Positions 1 through 11,664 of a stretch of DNA of 64,000 nt are shown here, one piece after another (the stretch's first letter is position 1; the number at the start of each line of letters is the position of its first letter). Both the position numbers and the translations under genes were made by a program. This DNA comes from Pelomyxa schiedti (taxonomy: Eukaryota; Protista; Evosea), in NCBI GenBank assembly GCA_020536535.1, contig JAHLWZ010000231.1:78985-142984 (forward strand), in the 5' to 3' direction. The notes below the pieces were generated by a model, which was not told the origin of the DNA, ran no database searches, and saw only the letters and a program-made list of their open reading frames with translations.

Positions 1-2560
1 TGGTTTGCAATGCCCGTCTCCCTTGTGGGCACACTTGTGAGCGCCGCTGTCATCCAAATATGAAAGTATTGGAGTTGTGTTTTTGAAACTATCTAAAGTT
101 ATTTATAACAGGAACACCAACTACAAGCTTGTCTCAAGCCTTGCATCCGCATCCCAAAACATTGCCCTTTCCAACACCCTTGCATGAAGTTGTGCTGTGA
201 TAAGTGTGATCCTTGCAACACAGAAGTTAAGGATGCTAAGCTTCCGTGCGGACATCTTGCCACGATCAAGTGCTACCAAGTGCACAACCTTGGGCAAATT
301 GCTTGTGATGCTAAGGTACAGTTTGTGTATCAGGGTGGGGTTTTTTAACAAAATCTGGAAGGTATCATTGACATTTACACTCTGCGGGCACTCTCTGACC
401 ACCACTTGCCACGAATCGCGTTCTTCTCAGCTTAAGTGCGTGGATACATGTGGTGTTGCACTTGAATGTGGTCATGCGTGCTCAAACCCTTGCACAACAT
501 GTCAAGAAAAGAGTGCCTCCGTTCCTCCCCCTTCGGTTCATGGTCCTTGCACTCAACTGTGTGGAAGGTTTGTGTGATCTTCATTTAGTACGATTCACCT
601 TTTTTTTTCCCAGGGCTCTCTTCTGTGGACATAAGTGCACTTCCCCCTGCCACCCACCAACAAAATCTTGTCCACCCTGCGTGGCAAGATGTTCAATGAA
701 GTGTGTGCACTCTGAGTGCAAGGGCAATTGTAATGAGGCATGCTCCCTCTGTGCTGAGTGCTGCACATGGTCTTGCGAACACCAAGGCCCCTGTCCCCTT
801 CCATGTGGGGCTCCATGCACAAGGTTTCTATTTTGTTTTTCTTCATTGAATTTTCTGAAACTATGTGCTACAAGGCTGCCCTGCAACGAAAGGTGCAATA
901 AGAAGCTCGGATGTGGGCACCAGTGCCCCTCAGTCTGTGGAGAACCCTGTCCAAACAAGGAGTACTGCCCAATTTGTGGGACGCAGAACAACAGAGACCG
1001 AGTTGTAGATTTCATCAGCTTCACAACTCTTCAGGAACACTTCGAAGTATGTCATCCCAATCTGTTTGGGAATCTGAATGATTTATAATGTATCAAGACT
1101 CCCTCTGTTGAACCAGTGGTTGTCCTTGCGTGTGGTCATGTCTATACAGTTTCAACCCTGGACAATATCTTTGAACTCTCGCGTTATTATCAATCCACGG
1201 TTTCTCCAGACTCAACTCTCCCTCTGTTCACCGGGCTTTTGCCACTGTACTCGTCATCTTCCATTGCGGTCGACCCAGAGTCAACTCCCAAAGAAATGGC
1301 CGTTGTCAAAGGATGCCCGGAGTGCAGGCTACCAATAATTGGTGTTTATCGTTATGGTCGACCTTTGAACTTTGCTCTACTTGCCAGCGTACAGAGGTTA
1401 TTTTGATTAAATTCAAACGGCCACTAACAGTTACTGCACAGGAAGTTCCTACAACAGCAGCTGACTCTCCTTTTTAACATTGCTGAAGCAATTTCTACTC
1501 TATCCTCTGATACCAAGCCTCTTCACCAACTTAAGGAAGCTTATTCTCTCAGCAGCAAGTGTCGAGTAGCCGCTCTCAAAGCCACACCACCTTCAGTTCT
1601 GATGTATAATGCCACACAAGCTGCTTTGAAAAGGCAACATGCACTCAATGCAGATGCAGCTGCAAAACTGAAGGCTGCAACCCCGACCCCAATCTCTGCT
1701 TTGGTCAATGACATGCCCAGCCCGGACACACGTACCAAGTGTTTAGCATGTGCGTACTATGCGGAAGTTGTATCACTTGCCGCGAATGCACTTCTGGTAC
1801 TTCCTGCAGAGGAATTATCTCCCACAAAGAGCATTTCAGTGACAGTTGGGGACAAAACAAAGTAACTGCAAAAGATTGTTCCTCATCTCACCGAATTGTA
1901 GGACTTTGACCACAGGGGGATTGCCAAACTTACAGAAGGAATTCAACGAAGCTTCGTCAATGGCACTAGACGCTCTTGCAGATGCTCTAGCCCACAAGTC
2001 CCTTAAAACTGCCTCGGAAGTAGCCCGCGCTTTGTGCAGGTTACATCACGCACAAGCTAGGGTCATAGACAAAAGCCAAGGCAACCCGAAAGAAAGAGAC
2101 CAAGTCATAAAAGTCGCACTCGACGCTATCGGCAGGGTCTTTGCATGTTGTCCCTCCGTATTCCCGCGCATGGATTCGCTCATTCACACATATCCACGCA
2201 GGTGGCATCGACGACCCCGACCTGCGCCAGCTCGAAGTGGTGCTCAAGAAGTACGGGGAAGGCCTTACAGTTGAAGAAAAGAGAGCGATATTCTCCGCCA
2301 TGAAGCTTAGTGCCGCGACCGGTTCCTACGGGGGCCACTGGTACCAATGCTCCAACGGCCACATCTATACAATCGGCGAGTGTGGTGGGGCCATGGAGAC
2401 CTCTACTTGTCCTGAGTGCGGCGAACAGATAGGTACACAAAACAGCCCCCTCTTACCGCTGGCACAACACTAACACCACAAAGGAGGGGGTCACCACCAT
2501 CTCGTTGGAACTAGCCAGGTTGCTTCCAGTTTCTTGCAAGAGATTGGAAGCACCGAGTAG
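1..2560 (+). CDS. ZNFX1: ZNFX1-like protein, 3' part (NF-X1 zinc fingers, split RING-like domain, C-terminal RZ finger); 5' end outside the window, multi-exon
   Basis: Repeated L-x-CGHxCxxxC NF-X1 fingers (1-1000). RING-like halves VVLACGHVYTVSTLD and GCPECRLPI..YRYGR (1116-1365). RZ finger GHWYQCSNGHIYTIGECGGAMETSTCPECGEQIG/GGHHHL across an intron at ~2433-2483. Stop TAG 2558-2560. Confidence 0.85.
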
Positions 2561-2659
2561 GGTTGGTGGAATGGTTTGTTGTAATTTGTTGGGTTGGCCA
2601 GTTTAAAATAAAACAAAAATCCACCTTCGATTTTCTTGGCTTTTGTTTTGCCCGTCACT

Positions 2660-5611
2660 TTATACGAGGAGAGAAGTGTCACAAAGCGGGTAGACGTTGA
2701 TTCGGCCGCTTGGGTTTGTCAGAGGGATGTAAGGAAAAGGGGTGGGCTGATACTGTGCACATTGAAAAGGAAGCCGGCACTGCGACAGTCTCGACAGGAG
2801 GTCTTCACATTCGGATTTTTGCAGCCTGTCTCCAAACATGATGGCACCTGTGCTTTGGGTGAGTACTAGTTGTTAGGATGCAAAGACATACTCCGGCAAG
2901 CTTTTGAAGCTAAAATGGTGAGAACTGAAGGCGGTTTTGTGAAGGCAGACCCTGAAGCTTTGGAGAGGGCAAGTAAGAACTGAGTGAGGTCTTCACAAGT
3001 CAACACGACTCCAATTACAACAGGCACCCGTGTGGTTCTCACTGGAATCCAAGCTTGTACTGCCCTTTCTTGTGTGTTTACATATTGTGGGTGACAAATG
3101 AAGCCCCAGGCAGATACATTCTCTAAATAGTGGTTAAAGGTGTTACTGAGCCTCGATCAGGTGCCTTGATACAGCTCAAGTAACTGCACCTCGTGGGCTG
3201 AAAGGGACCAAGTCCAATCACCACATCGATATTGCACATTGTGCTCATTGCCATTACGTCCAAAAACCTTCAATGTAATCATTAGTTAGATTCCCTTTTT
3301 TTCTTGCAGAAGAACCTCATTCTCAAATTCTTCAAGTTTAATCCTCTCATGGACGGCGTGTTGATCAAAAGCGTACCTTCGTGAATAGGTTGATCAGAAA
3401 AGCACGCCGGGTACTTACACAGAAGTGTTTATTTTTGCTAGAATGTATTTGAGGTCAACTTGACAGATTGCTTGCATTCCAGTGAGCATTTCTTTAGTGA
3501 CTGGTTTCGGAGTGCACACTTTGAAACATACTGGAACAGAAGGTAAGGGACACGAACTTGTGGGTGCTGCCAAAGAAGTAACTGTGGTTTCTGTGGATAG
3601 TACTGGTTTTAGTGCAAGTGTTGCCGTTGGGATTTGTTTCTGAGGAGCTCCAGTATGATGAGATAAAGTGGATGAATCTTCATTGAAATCCTGGTATTCG
3701 TTATGTAAGAAGAAGGGAAGGTAAATTCGAACTTTGGTCTTTCTCACACTGGGGAATTCGCTCGGTCCTCTCCTGGAAAAGTGTGAAAAGGATTTGCGGT
3801 GAGGGCATACAAAAAAGCAGGAGGAGCTGAGGAGCAACGCCTTCTTCTTGCGAGAGGTTTAGAGGATATCTCCCGGTGGATATTTGTGTGTACTGGGCTG
3901 GATGTGGTGGTAGGATAATGTACTTTTGGAGGGGTTATTTTTCCTGTTTCGCATGTTCTTGCCTTCTTTGGTGGAGAAATTGAAGAAACTGTGGGTTGTG
4001 TTGCGAGTGGTTTAGTTGCTGGAACTATTGATACACAATGAGCATTTGGTGGGTCACTTGATTGAGAAGTGGCCAATTCCACCTGGGGAAGTGACCCACA
4101 GAGACCACAGATGGATATGTCAGCTATAAGAAGTCACCTCTGGGGAAAAAATGGGGGAAAGGCTACACGAATTCAGAGCTTCTATTCCATAGATAGAACA
4201 TGTAATGAGACTGGATAAAATGCGTAAAGGAGTGGTGGAATCCTACATTTTCAGTTGTTAAGCGCTTGAAAAAAAAACAGTGACGCACCTGGAAGACAAT
4301 CCCCAAATTTTCAGTCGTTGTGGAGAAGAAATCGACCAAAGAAGGAGGGCATGAAAGCATTATGATGAATACAGGGTATCGATCACATGTTCTTGGTTTG
4401 TCAGTGATACGCAGACGATTCTCAACAGACCTTACCTCACTCTTCTATCATCACTGGAATATAATTTACCAAATATTGTATTTATTTCCTTCTGAAAAAC
4501 GGATTTGTGGAGCCACTTCCCATTGATATGTAATTGAGTCAAGGAGTGTTCAATAAGCAGTATAGTAACTAGAAATGTAGGATATAAAAAAATTGCAAAT
4601 CCTGATTGCCCAATCACATAAGGGAAATTGAGAAAAGTAGAAGATACCTTGCTGGTATAGGGTCTGGCTGTTGGGGATTGAATATACCCAGTAAAGTGGT
4701 ATAAATTGTGATTGTGGGAGGGGAGTGGTTGTAGGGAAAGAGCAATATCTGAGCCAAATAAATCACCAAAAACTGCAACGGAAGTGCCCCGCTACTTCAC
4801 ATGTCAAAGGCTATTATACAATGTGTGCATCGCTTTACTGCTATTGTAGAGAGTATGCGAGTCCCCTTGTGGGAATATAAAACGATCGAGGTATTTGGAT
4901 GCAATAGAGCCAATGCTTCAAGTGATTGTTTTAATCTGTGTGTAATTGACTCTGCACTGGTTGATGTCTTTCTGCGTGCTGGATACATATAAAAGAGATC
5001 TTGGGCCTGTTATATGTGAATTCTCGATTGGCATTCACTCTCTTGTATACCCGAATTGTTGTGCCAGTTGCACGGCCCTCCTCTGCAGCAGCCAGTGACA
5101 GAGTTTTCCCACCCTTTTTGAGTGTGGTAGGTTAGGGAAAAAATAGCGGGGGTAATTAATATACATGAAAGGTTTTGGTGAAGGTTTGAGGGCTTCCAGC
5201 CGCTCTAGAAGTTATTCTCAGAAAACAACATCGGGCCAAGTTTGCCAGAGACTCCCCACGCCCCGCGGGCAGAACTTCCTCAGAGCACTCTTTTGATGTC
5301 ACTGCATTTGAGGTCAAATTGAGTGTTTTTGGCCAGTGCTCCACATCGTGTCCAATACAACAAGCAGGGAAGGCGTAAAACTAACTTAATCGCTGCCCTA
5401 CAAACTGCATCTGGTCCGCTTGTATTCCACACCCATTGTCGCGTACTTCGAACGAGAAAGTGACAGGATCGAACGTAGTCTCCACTCGCGTCGCTCCTGC
5501 CTCAATGCTATTTGCCACACACAACAACACAGCTTCACACAGTGACGGAACACCCAGCGTAGATCTCAGATCCTCGGCACACTCGCTCTCCACCTTTCTG
5601 ATTCGCTGCAT
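2660..5611 (-). CDS. MLH3: MutL homolog MLH3 (mismatch repair / meiotic crossover endonuclease), multi-exon
   Basis: N-terminal GHKL motifs NSIEAGA and DNGCGI, plus GESLANLA and DLFYMYPARRK. C-terminal QVDLKYIL, endonuclease motif DQHAVHERIKLE (~3330-3367), ASKACRS/AIMFGD and LPFQCAH/GR. Stop TAA 2660-2662. Confidence 0.88.
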
Positions 5612-5989
5612 TTTTTTTTTTTTCAAATAATGAACTGGTGTACGAACCTGGCCAAACAAGTGCGAAGAAGGGAAAAAAAAATCTGCAAGGCAATTCGCAA
5701 CATGGAGAAAGAAAGGATAAAAGTTTTGTTGTCCCTAACCTGGCAAGAGTCAGGGTGTGATTTGCTAATGTACAGATTTGCCAGGCCCACTACCAACAAC
5801 GAGTTACCGTTGCCGGCTGGGATTTGGCTTTTCTGTTTGGGGGTTGTGTGGGAGTTATGGGATAGGCAATAAAAGGGGGCTAGGGGGGAGAGGGGGGCTT
5901 GGGATTCTTCACCCACCCCATTTCTTCAATGGGGTGGGGAATGGCATATTGTCCTGTTGTCCTGTTCCCACCCAGCCATGCGGCCGGCT

Positions 5990-7234
5990 TCAGAAGCACA
6001 GCATGAGCCCCTGGTTGTGTTGTTGGGGGTGAGAGGGTGTGGCTGCGCAGGTGTCCGGGAGCCCTGTGGTGGTGCGCTGATTGCGCATCATTTGTAGGTG
6101 CAAGGCTGCAGCTTCCTGCATCACTTGCTCTTGGTGCTCAGACACCCAGTGGGAGGCCAATTCCGTTTGGGAGAGCTGTTGTTGTGGGGGGTACTGGTTG
6201 GCAGCTGATGTGCGGGGTGCTTTGTATGAGTTGACTGTGGTGTGAGTCACCGCCGGGTGAGAGCGCTTGATTCGCTGTGGGTTGCCCTGCTGCTGGTCCA
6301 CTTGCGGAGGCGGAGTAGAGAAGCGAGGAGGGCACGTAAAAGAAGGAGTCACAACAGGGTGGACTTGGTACTGGGAGCAATCCTTGTCCGCGTAAGTCAT
6401 TTCCTGTGACACCGGGGATACTGAGGTTCCAGTGTAAAGAGGACCAGATGAGGTAGGGGAAGGTTTGACAGTAGCCGTGACCACTTCCACAGTGGTTACT
6501 TGAAGTTGAGGAGATGGGGGTGGGGCTGGTGTGCTGGAAGGAGAAGGGGAGCCAGGAGGGGTTGTGCACTCCAAGCCCTGGTTAGGTTCCTGGGCTGGTA
6601 GACCTGCAAAACTATAAGGACGGGGGTGTCGGGAATAAGGTGATACCTGTGATTGCTGTTACAGCATCATCATACTGAGCAAAGCTCTCGGGGGTTATGT
6701 AAAGATCGAACTGAACCATCTTGAGTTGAGTGAGTTCCAAAGCGTTCATCTCTAGCATTGAGACTCCTCCAACTTTGGCGTAGAACTTGTTGGAGTAGAA
6801 ACTGTCCTCGTAAAATTTCAAGGCCGTTACTAAACTGACACAAGGTCAGGTGCGAGTAAGGCTAAGGTTGCCAAAACTCACCACGAAAGAAGTAACCGGT
6901 GAGCATTTTTCTCGGTAAGGAAGAACAAGGGGTTCTTCTCGAGAATACGGTCGATAAAGACCAAAGCGGCTACCATAGTTGTTCGGTTACAGCCACTATA
7001 CTGCTCAAGTCTATGTGTTGGGGGGGAAAAAAAAAACAGAAAAAAAAGAGTTAATAAGCGAGAAACACAGTAATACGAGCGATACCGTTTTATGTAAGAC
7101 TCTAAAGTAATTCCTGGGACTCGTGCAGCTTCAAAGGCGGTGTTTTGGGGGGGACTTGATTGTACGAAGGGTCTTTGAGCCTCGATAAGACGTGTCAATA
7201 GACGCGAGATCTGGACGTATATAGGTGACTCCAT
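5990..7234 (-). CDS. PHO80/CYCU-type cyclin with P/S/T/Q-rich C-terminal tail
   Basis: Cyclin_N motifs PGITLESYIKR, VAALVFIDRI, NAHRLLLS and KFYEDSFYSNKFYAKVGGVSMLEMNALE. Exons joined by short GT-AG introns. C-terminal end taken from ORF 5990..6574. Confidence 0.88.
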
Positions 7235-7957
7235 AGTTCGTTTGACTTGCTACGCTTGTGACTCGTGGTCCACCCCCCAGGGCTTTTTTATTTTGAAGGT
7301 TTTGAAACTTTTTGTTCGTTTATTCAAATAAAGGGAGATGCCGGCAACATCCACGAAGCCCTCGGGACGAAATCCACCCAAAATGATCAAAATCAAGTGT
7401 TTGCGCAGTTAGCGGCCCATCTTAGGACCGGGGTGAATTGTCATTACTTTTAAGGCAGGCTCCACAAACAGGTACGGTCTGGGGATTCTTTTGGTGACTT
7501 GGGCTGGTGGGGTTGTTGATGTTCGTGTAAGTATGGTGTGGTTGGCGCCAAACCAGGGGCAACCAGGAATGTTTTTTGCTCTTCTTAGGACCCACAGGTG
7601 TTGTGTTGTTGTAAGTGTGTTGTGTATTATTGGTATGAGATACATGTGATAGTAGGGTTTGGTAATAATGAAAAGGAAGGTTGTGTTCACCACAGTTTGC
7701 CAGCAGTGTAAGAAGCTCTACAAAGAAATGTATGGAATAAAATAAACTGCAGACTGCTTGGCCTGGCAAAGAAAAAGATTGGTTGTGCCAAAAGAGTTAT
7801 GGTCTGTTGACTATTGTTTCCCCCACATACCACACAAGTGCTTCCCTATCAGAACAGTGCTTTCCATGAATGAAACCTGAATGCCCATAGCACTGCTGTT
7901 GCCTGTTGCTGGTTGGTTGTTGGTGACTGGCCAAAAAATCCCACTGAATCAATGACT

Positions 7958-8278
7958 GTGCGTTATGGGGTGGTGGTGTGAGTTGAGGGAGAGAAGGAGG
8001 AAGAAGAAGAAGAAGAAGCCAAAAGAGGCATTCTCCCACCACTACTACCACCCACCACGCCCAACAGCAACAAACCACAATGCCCCCAAAAAAGCAAAGG
8101 ATTGTGGTGGACAGACAACCCACAATGGCAGTGCGTTATGGGGTGGTGGTGTGAGTTGAGGGAGAGAAGGAGGAAGAAGAAGAAGAAGAAGCCAAAAGAA
8201 GCATTCTCCCACCACTACTACCACCCACCGCGCCCAGCAGCAACAAACCACAATTCCCCCAAAAAAGCAGAGGATGGT
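7958..8278. repeat. Near-identical tandem duplication (~148 bp unit, 173 bp period) containing a (GAA)n tract
   Basis: GTGCGTTATGGGGTGGTGGTGTGAGTTGAGGGAGAGAAGGAGGAAGAAG... starts at 7958 and again at 8131, with a few substitutions. Lies between the divergent cyclin and CCT-kinase genes. Confidence 0.92.
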
Positions 8279-8612
8279 GAGGGGGGTCCACATGATGATG
8301 ATGGTGATGCATGCTGACACAATGTAGACGATACAGCAATGTTGCTGCTTGTGGCGAGGTGAGCTAAATATTAGTATGGCCCACCAAAATGATTCTGGAG
8401 TGCCACACTGCTGTTTGTTGTACTTTTTTTTTGTTTTGATGTAATTTTTTCCCAGCTTTTCAAAGTCCCTTGTGGGACAGCGGTAAAATCTCCTGTCATT
8501 GGCAGTACGTTGGACAGCCGGCAACACTTTTTGTTTTGGTGCCTGTTTGTTGCACACTTTGTTTTGTTTGAAAGACTTTTGAAGGGTCGCTGAAAAATTC
8601 GAAAGTGATCAG

Positions 8613-11580
8613 ATGGCCACAGATCCAGCCACGTTGTTGCCGGTAACGGGTTGCACGGATCCGCAAGATCCACAGCTTCGTTGTTTGTTGTTCCTTTGGC
8701 GTGCTCGTCAACACGAGTTGGGGTTGGTTTCCAGCGAACCGCCGCCACCTGAAGTCGTCGGTCATGTTGTATTTTCCTTCCTTCCCTCACTCCCTTTTTT
8801 TTTTTTTTTTTTGTGGGAATTTGGGGAGGGTTTGGTGGGCTAAAGTTTGAGATTGGTTGTTTACTGTTGCTCATAGAGAATGAGAGTTTTGATGTGTGGA
8901 GTTTGGGACCTTCTGCACCCTGGGCATGCACAGGCGATGGAGCGAGTGAAGGAAAAGTTCCCTCATTGTTGGCTTATTATAGGAGGTATTCTGGGGATTT
9001 TTCCCCCATTTGGAATTCTAATTGATGGAATAAGTTCACAGTGACCAAACTACGGCTTCCATGAAGGGCAAACCTGTTTTAACAATGAAAGAGAGGGCTG
9101 AAATGGTTAGGCACATTAAGTATGTTGATGAAGTGCTTCTGGACTGTCCTTGGGCAGTTGATAAAAGTTTCCTTGATAGTCATATGGTGACCACTTTGTC
9201 CTGTATATTGCACTGCACCTTATAGTTTTGAAGATAGACCTTGTAGTTGGCTCTGATGATAGCTTTACGAGTAAAGGCAAAAGTATCTATGAAGAAGTTC
9301 AAAAGTTGGGGAAGTTCGTTGAAATTCCCCGCATAGAAGGTGACAATTCAAATAGTAGAAGCTATTACAAGAGTTCACCCTAACCATAGGAATATCTTCT
9401 ACTTCTATCATTTCTCGAATTGTTAGTAATTATGATGCCTACATTAATCGCACCCTTGATTGCGGCTATTCACTAAGTGATTTGAATGTGTCATATCTTC
9501 GGGTAACATTCGTTACTTCCAATAAATAGAAATGTTCAAATATGTACAGGGTATGAGAGTATCAACCTCTCGAGGTGTGAAAAAAGTTATGAGGGGCTTT
9601 GGATTTGGTGCCAACTGGAGGATTAGTGGCTTCACGAGGCGATTTGGTGAGAAAATTCTTCAGTCATGGGCTCAAAGGGGACTTGCAAAAGAACTTGTGT
9701 GAATGCATTAGAGACAAACTATCACTCACAAAACAAAAAAGCGTCTTGCAGAGGCTACTGACCCAAGCTACCCTTCAGCAGCATCAGAGGAAACATCAAC
9801 TTCGTCTGAAGATTTGAGTGAAATTTTCCCTTGGGCACTTAAGCAGTGCAAAGAGTTGGTCAATGGTTGGAAAAATGTGGACGTATCAGAAATTTCCATC
9901 AAAGTAATAAAAGGTTATTTCCTTATGCAACATGAAACGAGTTTTGATTGGTTTTAGGAGGACTTACAAATAGACTCTACAAACTCTCTTTGTCACCCGA
10001 GGCGACTGAAAGACTGAATGAAGCTGCTGATCCGGCTTCTTGTGGTATCAACAGTATAATTTCCATTGTACTCATTCGTGCAGAAAGGGTACCTCAACAC
10101 GTTCTTGTTCGCAAATATGGCGAAGGAACCGAAGTATTTTTCGACCGCAGTCACGAGCACATTATCTTTAGCAGATTCTCTGATGCTAGACTTGGTCCTC
10201 ACTTGTATGGCCTTTTCGAAGGAGGACGGATTGAGGAATTTCTTGAATTGCAATCTCTTACATCAGACGAGGTACCTAATGTGCTGCTGGCCATTGCACA
10301 GCAACTTGCAAATGTGCACAGACTAGAGATTGAGGATTTACCACATACCCCCTCCTTGTTTAATTCTCTGCGACATTGGTATGAAGCAGCAATGCAAGTT
10401 ACATTTGGTACACCTCCTAAATTTGTACAACCTGACTTGGGTTGCCAGATGACCCAAAGAAGAAACTTCAACTGTCAGAGCTTGGTCTAGAAAAATTGGG
10501 AGGCGAGATAGATGAACTTCAAGGTTACTTACGTAAGATTGATTCACCAATGTGCTTTTGCCACAACGATTTACTTGGCGGAAACATCATGTATGACAAT
10601 GAATCCAAGAAACTGTGCTTTATTGATTTTGAATATGGCTCTTATAATTACCGAGGTATATTAATACAATTCATAAGTGTGACTGATCCCTGCTAGGGTT
10701 TGACTTCGGAAATCATTTCAATGAATGGATGCTCGTATATAGTGAGCCCCACGAACCTTGGTTCCGGCTGGAGCCATCTCATTATCCCTCATACCAGCAA
10801 CAGCATGACTTCTTTAGCACTTACCTTCGTCAGTATCTGTCTGTTTCCTCTACCTCCCCGACCACAGTAACTTCAGGCGAACCTGTTCCCCCAGCTACAA
10901 CAACTACTACCACTGCAACTACCTCAACTACAACAACTACCTCCACAGCAACTTCCGAAGAGGCTCTTATATTATCAAATCCAGAACGGTTTGAACAAGC
11001 AGTACAAGGACTCATTGCTGAAGCTAACCAATTTTCCCTTGCATCCCACATCTTGTGGGCCGTGTGGTCTGTTATTCAAGCTTCTTCCTCGTCTATCCAA
11101 TTTGGTTATCTCGAATTTGCCCAGGCACGAATCAAAGAATACTACAAAAGGAAAAACGATTATCTAGTAGAACACGTTTATACCAAATCCTACTGTGAAC
11201 CCCACGTATTGACGTGTGTTATTCATTATTATTCCAGTTTCCAGTTTAATTCCCAATCCAGAGAAACTCCCAGCCCGGCCACCACAGTATTTGTTAGTAA
11301 TGATGACCACCACTTTGTGGTAAGCCCACTCATTAACAGTACACAAACATGACAGCTATTCCAGGAGGCCAGATTCAACATTCCGACCTGGTGCAAGCAA
11401 TGTGGTTACTTTGTGCGTTCTCCATTTGGGAAACAAGGCTACCGCTGCCAAGGTTACAATACAGTTTCGGAAATAAGACTCACTAACAAACTAAAAGCTT
11501 GCGGGATGTGCGTTCACCGTAACTGCAAAGACAACGTTGTATCGAAATGTGTCTTCAGAAAGCAAGCAGAAATTTTGTAA
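8613..11580 (+). CDS. Fusion protein: CTP:phosphocholine cytidylyltransferase (CCT-type) + choline/ethanolamine kinase + C-terminal C1 zinc finger
   Basis: From 8880: MRVLMCGVWDLLHPGH (HxGH motif), HSD..KGKPVLTMKERAEMVRHIKYVDEV..CPW, RIEG/ISSTSIISRIVSNYDAYINRTLDCGYSLSDLNVSY. A 45-nt phase-0 intron (9697-9741) keeps the frame into the kinase: GGLTNRLY, LGPHLYGLFEGGRIEEF, CHNDLLGGNIM, FIDFEYGSYNYRG/FDFGNHFNEW. C1 domain at 11308-11550. Stop TAA 11578-11580. First exon (8613) is tentative; ATG 8880 is the alternative start. Confidence 0.85.
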
Positions 11581-11664
11581 CACAAAGCCCTCTTGGTTTA
11601 ATTTAAAATTCTATTCTCTGAGGAAATCACATACTTTCGGTTTTTTTTTCCCCTTGTGTGAAAC

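Noticed and set aside
7958-8278. Direct repeats as a possible CRISPR array
   Set aside because: Only two ~148-bp units, no repeat-spacer periodicity, no cas genes, and a eukaryotic context.
9697-9741. In-frame TGA after the cytidylyltransferase, suggesting two genes, readthrough or selenocysteine
   Set aside because: The stop lies inside a canonical 45-nt GT-AG segment whose removal restores the frame, and no separate kinase start codon exists. An intron is the simpler explanation.
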